The position numbers and the translations under genes are program-made. The notes beneath the pieces were generated by a model that had not been told where the DNA came from, searched no databases, and was given only the letters and a program-made list of their open reading frames with translations. From Takakia lepidozioides (taxonomy: Eukaryota > Plantae > Bryophyta): a stretch of 64,000 bases of DNA. The DNA lies in the NCBI GenBank assembly GCA_030704615.1, contig CM060731.1:88722001-88786000 (forward strand), written 5' to 3'. This document shows, one piece after another, positions 49,430 to 60,359 of the stretch; the stretch's first letter is position 1; the number at the start of each line of letters is the position of its first letter.

Positions 49430-52332
49430 AACATACATCGTTGTCCAACCACACTTCCTAGCATATAGTCCTAGAAAGCCACGCCACAATGGCTCCCCTA
49501 GCTAGTGATTAGGTCCCTCTAACACCGGATAGCTGCCAAGTATCCACCCCAATAAGATCATCGCTTGGTCTTCAATCACACAAGTCCCAACATCTGAAGT
49601 CGATAGATCAAGAGGTCGGGTGCAAACGTAGCCCCATCGTTAATCGCCTTCCTGCAATCCATGATCTTCAGTTGAGTATCTATGGCATTGAAGCCCCACT
49701 AGCTAGACCTTGGATCATTTGTCAGCCTCACCATTGTCATGCCCACTACCTCTGTCCAAGGCATCGTGGACACAACCATTCTCCGATAGGAACCTCCTCA
49801 AGTGGCGGTGTCAAGCATCCCATGTGCCACCCCCTTGAGCATTTGTCACACACCAGCATGGTTGCGGCACCACTAGCATGCGCACATAGCATGCAACGCA
49901 ATCCTACAGGATACCACTGTAAGGTTGGGATCTATCCTCCCATCCACATATGGCAGGTAACATGGCGTACAATTGCGCACATGGTCCTTCCATACCATGC
50001 CATCTCGACCCTCCAAAATCAACACTCCTGAAGGCAACACCTCCCTGACCCTTAGAATCACACGTCCTACTGTGACATCCAAGGTCATAGGTGTTGTCTG
50101 CTGTAGATACAAATAGTCCCCAAGGTGGAAACGCCGAACATGCCGATATCCCCATCCACGTATAGTGGCGTACCTCAATGTGTCTCGGTGTTGGGCAATA
50201 GCAAGGTTCTCAAAAGCCATAGGCATGACTCTCGTGAACAACTCTGTCTGTTGGGCATATGTTTGTGTCCATACATCCGGATCATCAAGGTTAAGGACTA
50301 CTGCAGCCTCTCTGCGAATAGATGTAGACAAATCTGGCTCTCGGTCGAAGAGAAGAAAGTTTGGTGAGAAGGAGGCAAGTAAAGCTTGTTTGCTGAACCT
50401 ATAGCCCATAGCTAGCCAAGGCAGCTGAAGGTTCCAATCTCCTAGGTGTCCCTTCTGTAAGCCATACTTGCGCAAACCGTCAAACAACTCTCTCCGCCAA
50501 GCCATCAGCCTCGGGATGATCCCGAGAAGTAGTGTGGTGATCTATCAAGGCTTGCTCACACAAAGCCTGAAACTCCCCCAAGAACTCTCTCCCCTGGTCC
50601 GTGAGTACCTCAGTTGGAGCACCAAATTGGCTAAGCACTCGATCTAAGAATGCATACGCAAACCCCTCACTTGCTTGTCAGGCAATGCCACCAGCTCAAT
50701 CCATTTGGAGAAATGTTCTACCATCACCAGCACATACTTGTTATAATGACGAATCGTTGGTGGCAATGGACCTGCGAAGAAAAGACTACAACAATAGCCC
50801 AAACCCATAATGAATAGAAGATGCAATTGTGGAGTAGGGGCGTTGAAAGAAGCCCGCACTCTATTATACACCATGCACCTTGCCACTAACTACTGTACAT
50901 CCGTGTACACCAATACTGTTCTTGCAGGAAACTATGAGTGCGCCGCACCCCAAAATGTCTCAACTCCTCATGGGCATGGCGTACCAATCACGCTCATTGT
51001 GTTGGATGAGGCACAATCCTCACTCGTCTATCCTCCCATACTCGGAGTAGATGAGTCCCCTCCCACTTGAACCTCTTGGCTCATTGTAGGATCCGATATC
51101 TCTCCTTAGCAGTCACACTGGCTGCTGTCTCTCCGGTACGAAGGTAGGCCAACATTGTTGCATCTTCATGTACATGTTATAGAGTTTCTTGTTCATTTCT
51201 TCATTTCTGCCTAGTGTTATGACTTGCACCCTGAGTTGCGGCGAGGCCAGTTGCAAAGGAACAATGGTGGCCGAGGGCGAGGTGACTAATCTGTGGATCG
51301 TCATGCACAATATCTATATGACCAATCGCATGAGATGGACCAGCTTGAGCTCCCATTGCTAGAATGCACAAAAAGGTAGATGCATGTCATTCTGGCACCA
51401 TCTCCTCATCCGTCTCACCATGCCACCAAGCTCTAGTATCATCATGCTCGCTCGTGCATGGATTACGACTCAACCCATCTGCATCCCGATTGACTATACT
51501 GGCTCGATGCACCACCTGGAAGTTGTACTCTTGAAGCATAAGTGCCCACCGTGCAAGCTTCCATGTAAGCTTGTCTGACTCCATCAACCACTTCAATGGT
51601 TGGTGATCCGTGACAAAGGTGAAGAGATTGTCATAGAGGTAGCATCTGAAATGTGCCACTGCCCATACCGTAGGTAAATATTCTCCTTCATATGAGCTAT
51701 ACTTCGCTTCGGCACCATTGTTCGAGCGGCTAGCATATGCCACCACGAACTCTCTTCCCTCATCATTCACCTGTGTGAGCACTGCTCCAATCCCCAACAT
51801 ACTCCAATCCGTATGTAGCTGAAAAGACCGCCTCAGAATAGGTGCAGAAGTCAATCGAGCCTTGAGTTCCTCAAAGGCTTCCTCCTGCTCCTCCTCCCAC
51901 TACCACTCCTGACCCACCTTGGTTAACTTGGTAAGAGCCTTTGCAATGCTGCTAAATCCCTTGACAAACCGTCGATAGTAGTTTGTCAATCCCATGAAAG
52001 TATGAACTCTGCTCACATCCATAGGGCGTGGAATGGATACAATGGCCTCCACATTTGTCTGTTGAATACCCAATCCTCCAAGGTATATCATGTGGCCCAG
52101 ATACTCAATATGATTGTGGAAGAACTTGCACTTTCCAGGGTGCAGTTTCAACCCGTGCGCTCTCAAGCGCTCAAACACCACCAAGGTGTCTCTCATGCTC
52201 CTCAACCATAGCACTAAAGACAATGAATGTCATCAATGAAGCACCGGGCGAAGTCTAGCCCCGCGAGAATCCTATCCATGACCCTTTGAAACTCTGCAGG
52301 AGCATTCTTCAATCCAAACGGTAAGAACCGCC
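49430..52332 (-). mobile_element. Ty3/Gypsy pol, 3' part (RT C-half, RNase H, integrase, PHD finger), PPT and start of 3' LTR; decayed
   Basis: Reads RFLPFGLKNAPAEFQRVMD..CFIDDI; FQLHTDWSMLGIGAVL..VAYASRSNNGAEAKYSSYEGE..TDHQPLKWL; HEELRHFGVRRT; AGPLP..VEHFSKW, VLTDQGREF, HPEADGLAE; and the PHD CMLC..MLVCDKCSRGWHMGCLTPPLEEVPIGEWLCPRC* (about 49745-49905). A PPT-like AGGGGAGCCAT is followed by TG at about 49488. Confidence 0.9.
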
Positions 52333-54664
52333 CACTACAAGAGATGAGCGTTTTTAGGACTACGGATTTGGCGGAGTCATAAAAACGGCACTAGGTATAC
52401 AACTACAGAGCGTTGAAATTCGTTGCAGTCATAGTTTTATCACTTTGTAGTAATGGATATCACTACATGACTCCGGAAAGTTAGGGAGCATTGGTCAAAC
52501 ATTGTTGACCATGATGACATGGATGGTTTTATGACTAGTGTGATATGTTTGACTACACGTGGACGACGTTTCATGGAATCTTGTGACTCCATGACTGAAG
52601 ATGGTTTTACAGCTCTATTTATACGACTACATCCCTACACGTGTCATTTGAAAATCATATACACAAATGTATTCATCCATTGGATGAGTTTATCCATCGA
52701 CGACATGGCATGTAAACAATTGAGTCCCTTACTGCAAATTGTTTCATAACTCTATATATATGACTACATCACTACACGTGTCATTTAAAAGGCATGTACA
52801 TTAATGAATTCATCCAATGGATGGGTTCATCCATCCACCTATACGGTGTGTCGATTTGATATATGTTCAATAAATTGGACCTGGATGGACGTGGCTTAAC
52901 AAGCATCGCAAGATATATGAGATTAAAATACGCAATGGTCATGATTGTACAAGGTTAGATCATGTGATGGAAATTATTTTGAATCGTTATATTTAACAGG
53001 ATCTAACGGTCTAGATTATTTAAGATCTAACGATCTAGATTGTTTAAGATCTAACGGTTTAAAATTACACCGCCAAACTTTACACCGGGCTGGGACTTAA
53101 GGTTTTTTTGTCTCCTGCGTCTCTGTTTGATATTGTGTCATGGAACGCGATGATCGCAGGATCTGCAGGGGCGTGGGATGGAGGCTTTGCAGACCTTCCT
53201 ACTCTTGAGCAAATGATGCAGGAAGGAGAAGAGGAGGAGGAGAGGAGACGAGGAGAAGATCCCAACATTCTTGCGAACTCGCCGTTCTTGGGAGAGTCAG
53301 CTTGGTCTTAGCAGGCCGTGTTTCAATCTATGCCTACTCAGCTGCACCGTGGTGGTTCGATCTCACATACCAATCCGACATTATCTGACTACAGATACAA
53401 GCAGCACACACAAGAGGTTTTTTTGGGTTGATGGTCGGTCAAATCCTCCATGGGTCATGACACAAGGTAGGGGACAATGTGGTGAGGATACCTTCTTCTT
53501 CGACTTATTTCAGCCTGTTTTGCCCTCTCATCAGACTCGGCCCTGAGATGCATATTGAATTTTGTAAGATAGCTCGTTGGGTGGATCTGTGGTTGTTTAG
53601 AATGACTTTGACAAGTTGTTGCCGATGTGGTAGCATGAAAGTATCCAAAAATAGGTAACAGAGATGAGGAAAAGCTTTGGAATGAACACTTTTCCGACCC
53701 CAGTCAATGGCGGGACAATGGAGACAAAAAGGTGAGTGCATATTGGACTACACTAGAGAGAAGTAGATGCAATTTAGAATTAGAACTACTGTAATAATTA
53801 GGGTTGGGGTTTGTTGGAAGAACTTCACGCCATCAGTGTCAGATGCTAGCAACAAGTATTCATGATTTGTACACAGACAAGGATAGCTGAAGGACCAGGG
53901 ATAGAGGTCGAGGTTCATCCAAGAGGGCCGGATTTCAAACACAAGATTAGTTCTGATTCCCTGTGGATCAATAGCTACAAGAAATCTGCTAATGAGAAAA
54001 TGGTCTGCTAATGAAGACACATTTTTCAACGCATTTCACCCTGTTTTTCCCTCTTATCAGAATCGGCCCTAAATTTTCATGTTGAATTTTGCAAGTTAGT
54101 TGGTTGAGTGAACCTAGGATAGTTTGGAGTGACTTTGACATGATACTGCCAATGTGACAACAGGAAAGTATCCAAAAGATGTAACAGAGATGAGGAGAAG
54201 CTGTGGAATGAATACTTTTTTGACCCCAGTCAATGGTGGGACAACCAAGGCAAAAATGTGAATGCCTGTCAGATTACCAGATGTCATTTTGAACACTGCC
54301 CCTGCCTTGGTGGACATGTATATCAAATGTGGGTGCATCGAGGATGCAAAAGGAGTGTTCAACACTATGGCTGAATGAGATGTGGTGTCATGGAGTGAGG
54401 GAAGGGGTACTGAAGCCCGACCACATAACGTGTGTGTGTGTTTGCAATGCGTGTGCAAGCCTGGCAGCCTTGGAAAAGGGCAAAAGGTCCATGGTTGCAT
54501 CGTCAAAGTTGCAAATGTACCAGATGTCATTCTGAACACTCCCCTGGTGGACAATATGTATGCCAAATGTAGGTGTAGCAAGGATGCAAAGGGAGTGTTC
54601 AACAACATGGCTGAACAAGCTTGGAGTACCATGATGACCACCTTTCCCGGTGAGTCTCTCTCTC

Positions 54665-54695
<31 letters not shown>

Positions 54696-57600
54696 CCTCC
54701 TCTGATGCCCTCATACTGTCCAGTGGAAATACAGTTAGGCATTAAACCTCCCTAAACTTGTTTTGAATATGGGACATGGGCAAGGACCTTAAGGACTATC
54801 TCAATGGCCTACCTGCCCTTGTCACTAGACTAAAATTTAAACTCGGGGTGGGAAACTACAAGTGCATCCACGAGCTACCACACTTAACATACATGTTGAC
54901 AAGGGTGTTGTGTAGAAAAGCATTTAATGCATTCAATCCACTTAATATAATGTGAGCATATGCACCTGATTTTCAGTCTGCAAGCCTTTCAGCTTGATGC
55001 TCTTATGCTTGAGACAGGGGGCTTAGGTATCTGAATATGCTGAAATTATGCCTAGCTGGTTGAAGTCTGTAGAGCCTCTTTCAGTTGCAGGATGGGGAAG
55101 GCAGGGTTCAAGGAGGCGGGGGAAAAATAGAATACTGCTCAGTATGACTCTTGGAGCAATTCCAGCTTAAAATGTGATGATGTCACCATTGGGGCATGGA
55201 CCTCTTGGTCGTTTACAAGGGACTTGGGAGGGTCAGCATGATCAGCCTGTGTATGAAGGCTGGCAGCCCTGGAATTTTATAACCAGATGTCATTCTGAAT
55301 ATCCCCTAGTTCTGGACATATATGCCAATGTCAAGGGAGTGTTCAACACTATGGCTAAACGACGAGTGCGATGCTTGCAGGGTATGCACAACAAGGATGC
55401 AAGATGGAGGCTTTGGATACCTATGAGTAATTGATGGGGAAAGGGGTGAAGCTCGACCACATCATTTTAGTGTGAGTTTGCAGTGCGTGTGCAAGCCTGG
55501 CAGCCCTGGAAAATGGCAAAGAGGTGCATGGTTGCATCACCAAAGCTGGAATTGTACCATATGTGATTCTGAACAATACCTCATGGATATGTATGCGGAG
55601 GGAGCCTTCAACACTATGGCTGAACGAGATGTGGTGTCGTGGAACGCGATGCTTGCAGGATGTGCACAGCAAGGGCGCGGGATGGAGGTTTTGGAGACAG
55701 GAAAGTATCGAAAAACAGTTAACAGAGACGAAGAGAAGCTCTGGAATGAATATGTTTCCGACCCCTGTCAATGGTGGAATAATCCAAGCAAAAATGTGAA
55801 TTCCTGTTGGAAGCAGATGCAAGTCAGCATAGGAACTAGTGGGATAAGTAGGGTTGGGGTGTTTGCTGGAATACTTATAGGCTGTCATTGTCAGCTGCTA
55901 GCAGCAAGACAATGATGTATGCATGATTTGTGCAGAGGCAAGGATAGCTGAAGGAGCAGGGATAGAGTGTGGGTCCAGATTCATCCAAGAGAGCCGGATT
56001 AGCTCCAGATTACCTATGATTCCATGTGGATCAATAGATACAAGAAACCTGCATGGGTAGATGGTCAACTGGAAGCCGTAGCAGCAGGGCACAATTGATA
56101 AAATTAGGCATTGCTAATGAAGGCACCTTCTTCAACACATTTTACCCTTGTTTTTCCCTCTTATCAGAATTGGCCCTAAATTTTCATGTTGAATTCTACA
56201 GGTTAGAGTTCTTTTGATAGTTTGGAGCGACTTTGACATGATACTGCCAATGTAACAATAGGAACTATCCAGAAACAGGTAACAGAGACAAGGATAAGCT
56301 ATGGAATAAATACTTTTCTGACCCCAGTCAATGGTGGGGCAATCGAGGCAAAAGGTGAATGCCTGTTAGATTACAGAGAGTAGCAGATGCAATTGAGCAT
56401 AGGAACTAGTGTGATAAGTTGAGTTGGTTGTTTCCTAGAACAAATACAGGCTGTCATTGTCAGCTGCTAGCAGTAAGGCAAGATTTATGCATGATTTGTG
56501 CAGAGGCATGGATAGGTGAAGGAGCAGGGATAGAGTGTGGGTCCAGATTCATGTAAGAGGGCCAGATTTCAAGCTCCAGATTACCTATGATTCCCTGTGT
56601 CGAAGGATAGCTACAAGAAACCTGCATAGGTAGATGGTCAACTGGAATTTGCAGCAGTAGCGGCACAATTGATAAATCAAGGCACTGGTACACCTTCTTC
56701 AATAGCACAGCGACTACAAGTGGGTAGATGGTCTCCTAGAAACAGCGACAGCAGCACAATTGATAGAACAAGACACTACTACCTTCTTCAACATATTCCA
56801 CCGTGTTTTCCCCTGCTATCAGAGTCGTCCCTATATTTTCATGTTGAATTCTGCAAGTTAGCTCCGCGTTGGTGGATCTCTGGTGGTTTTGGAGTGATTT
56901 TGACATGTTATTGCCAATGTGGTCAACAAGAAAGTATTGATTAAATAGATAACAGAGACGAGGAGAAGCTCTGGAATGAATACGTTTCTGACCCCAGTCA
57001 ATGGTGGAACAATCGAGGAAAAAATGTGAATGCTTGTTGGAAGTAGAGGCAAGTCAGCGAGTATGGTAAATAGGGTTGGGGTGTTTGCTGGAACAATTCT
57101 AGGCTGTCATTGTCAACTGCTAGGAGCAAGGCAATGATGTATACATGATTTGTGCAGAGGCATGGATAGCTGAAGGAGCAGGGATAGAGTGTGGGTCCAG
57201 ATTCATCCAAGAGGTCCGGATTTCAATCTCCAGATTACCTATGATTCCCTGTGGAAGGAATATAGCTACAAGAAACTTGCATGGGTAGATGATCAATTGG
57301 TTGGTTTTGAGTTGAAGAGCACGACCCCTGCAGGGATGTCTCTCCATCTGTAGATCTTTTAGGAAGTGGAAGGCTAGGGCCCAGCTTTCTTATGACAGTG
57401 TTAGCTGATTTCAGTTCTTCTCCTCAGCTCGGTGCCTTTCTGTTTCCAAGTTATGGCAATAGTTTATGGCTGCAGTCTTTTTTCATGCTAGACTCTTTAG
57501 CTCTATGCAGGCCCCCTTCTTTGCTTGCCTTCCTTCTTACTACTGTTTCTTGTTTTGGTACGCGAAGCTGTGTCTTCCTCTTTCAGCCTCTATGGCACTC

Positions 57601-58214
57601 TATCCAGAGGTTATTTTTTCCTCTTTGTATCCATGTACATTTTATGGCCACTGTCTCCCACTGTCCCTCTTTGTTAACAAAAATAAAAATAATAAAGAAA
57701 AGACAACCATTCTACTTTCCTAGAAACCTAATGAGAATTTAAATCAATTAATAATCTAAATATTATAATTGTATGATTTAATTTATTAAATTAAAATACT
57801 ATTAAAAACCTCTTTAGTCATGAAGTTATATACTCATGACTACATCATGGCATCGTGGCACTATATGATACGATATTCTTAGTGTAGGTAATATATATTG
57901 TCCATGTGGACACATGTCACATCCGGAGTGCTACATGTGTCCTTCTGACGCCTCTCCAATGGAGTCATATATTTTGTAGACATGTAGTCATATAGTTAGT
58001 TATATATAAATCATATAGTTGTGACTACATCGCTCTCTGCAGCATGACTCCACGTGCCACGCACGCAGTCACGGCTATGACTTGCAAAACGCAGTCCTAA
58101 AGACTAGTCGCTATGACAGGGTTTTTTTCACTGCAGAGTGATGTAGTCATGAACGCATATAAGACTGAAAAATAGTCATATGTGCAGTCATAAAAACGTT
58201 CATCTGTTGTAGTG
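52333..58214. mobile_element. Non-autonomous CACTA element (Pack-CACTA, 5882 bp) inserted in the Gypsy RT
   Basis: TIRs CACTACAAGAGATGAGCGTTTTTA / TAAAAACGTTCATCTGTTGTAGTG, a 3-bp TSD GCC (52330-52332, 58215-58217), and subterminal GACTAC/GTAGTC repeats. Removing the element restores the RT reading CLYQW|RFLPFG. Confidence 0.95.
53125..57300 (+). pseudogene. Captured cargo: PLS-class PPR fragments interleaved with intron-containing OSB-type PDF-motif repeats
   Basis: PPR pieces read LVDMYxKCGCIEDAKGVFNTMAE*DVVSW and LEKGQKVHGCIVK. PDF pieces read DEEKLWNEYFSDPSQWWDNxxKK |intron| HPRGPDFKHKISSDSLWINSYKKPAWVDGQL, with about 5 complete or partial copies. There are many stops and frameshifts. 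Confidence 0.82.
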
Positions 58215-58217
58215 GCC

Positions 58218-60012
58218 ATTGGTACAAACAATCCTTCCCATGCTGGTCAATCCCCCATAATGTCGTCTTTTGCTTGTCAGCCTCTTTGATAGGCAACTGG
58301 TGGTAACCGGATCGCAGGTCCAATGTGCTAAACACCTTTGCATGCCCAATGACATCAAAGATCTCCTCTGGAGTTGGTATGGCATATTTATCGGACTTAG
58401 TCTGACGGTTCACAGGACGATAGTCTCCACACATCCTTCTTTTTGTCCAGTTGCCATAAATATCATTTTTAGCTGGCATCACCGTTGCCGAGGCATACTC
58501 CCTGCCTGACAACTCCACCAATCCAGCTTCGAACAACTCCATAGTTTGTGACCGGATCAAAGACCTCTCCATGTAGGGCCTTCGAAATATTGGCGTGTCA
58601 CTTGCCAAATCAATACGAATCTCCTGGCCCTTCAAACTCCCCAAATCCTTCAAACCGAAGGCAAAGAAATTTCTATAAGCCCTTAAAAATCGCTGGATCC
58701 TCCGTCTCTCTCCTTCGGTGACTGTAGGTCCAACATCGCGTTCCCAATTGTCCTCAGTGACTGCAACCTTGGGTACACCAGGCTTGGAGGTAGGAGACGC
58801 ATCCTTTGGTTGCTAGATAGTAACCTCTTGGGCCTTATCCGTCCACTCAGATTGTGGCGTAGCCTCCACTTGCTCCGCCATAGCCACCTTGAGAACATCC
58901 TCTGAGCAAGAAACATCCTCAACCTCTTCAAAAACCTTGGCTACCTTGGCCTCCAACTGATTCTCAATCCATGGCTCTCCCCACTCCTCATACTGCTGCT
59001 TGAGAGATCCAATGACTCTCTCTTTGCGCATCTCATCCCACATCTGTCATGGGTGTTTGCACCCCATGATCCCGTGCTCGCCCCCACTCACTGCCTTAAC
59101 CGTCCCGGTTGGCAGGGAGGATGCACTATCCAATGTGAGTGTAGAAGTAGCCACCAATGCTTGCAATCTCCGTTGCTCAGCCATGCACAAGCCAATGACC
59201 CATGTCAAGTAATTTAGATCCATTGCTTGACCCAACACTTGTCGACGTGATGCCTCTGACAGAGCTGGCACAGCTATAGTGCCCGTGACAAACCCTATTG
59301 CCCGCTCTCGCTCATCCACATTGGGCTCCACCAATTATTGTAGCACACTGTCCCAAATCAACCCAGGACCATTGTCTCGAAAAACATGAGACGAGGGAAA
59401 GCTCATGAGTGTAGGTAAGGCCGTACGTGGCTGCCCCACTCGATTGACCACCTCCAAAGGTGGATGGTCGTCATGTCGCACCTTTTGTGGCTGCTTCTCT
59501 TGGTCCAAAATGCCCTCAACTGTGAGGTTGGGTGGTCGTTGAATGGAATCATAGACTCTCTGGAGCAACTCTGGTGGTGCAAAGATTGGTCCACCACAGT
59601 CGATGCGCGTGTGATCCCACCGCTGCTGCATCCAATAGCACTGCCAATCCAATCCAAGACCGCACTTGATGCACATTGGCCATAACCCTGGCCGGAGAAT
59701 CCCCCATAAGAGGAACATTCTCCAAGATATAGCCTAGAGGTTGCACTTGCCTCGTCTGCAAGTCACGCAACACTCGCAACATCTCCCAAAACAAATGCGA
59801 TCGTGCATCATGCAAGCCATTTCCATGACCTGCGGGAGAGTATCTTTGGCAAGGCCATCCGGCTATCACCAAGTCAATGGAACCATGCCGGTCCAAATCA
59901 TCCACCCCCAACAAGGTAATGTCTGCTGGCAAGGTCTTTTGATACCCTTGATTTGCTGAGAGAGGCAATAACTCAAGATACCGGTGTGTAAGCAAGGCCA
60001 TGTGGCGCATGA
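58218..60012 (-). mobile_element. Ty3/Gypsy pol, 5' part: C5 cytosine DNA methyltransferase domain followed by RT N-half; decayed and truncated upstream
   Basis: DNMT motifs IV (DLVIAGWPCQ), V (GLHDARSHLFWE), VI (YILENV), VIII (LLDAAAVGSHAHRLWWTN) and IX-X (ERERAIGF...RRQVLGQAMD). Then RT: EYASATVMPAK...RRMCGDYRPVNRQT..FSTLDLRSGYHQL. Confidence 0.9.
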
Positions 60013-60359
60013 AAATCCTGGGGGGTGCACTCTTCATTAAATGTACCAGCCACGTGCGTGCACAGGAGGGGGTATTTTAAACCCCCCCATGTACAACATT
60101 ATACATACAGAGGGGGGTTTAAAACACCTTAAATATAATATTACAGGAGGGGGTTGTTGAGTTTTCAGGGGTAGTGTAGTGGTAAGAACGATGATTAGGC
60201 TGCGATGCACCGCGGGATCAATTCCTTTTGTTTGGTTTTTTGTTTTTTGTTTTTGTCTCCCCGCAATCTTTCTCCCCTTCCCTCCAGCGGCTTTCTCTTT
60301 TCCCTCTCCTCCTCTCATCTCCTCTCCCGCGTTCACCTTCCCTTCCGCGAAGATGCCTG

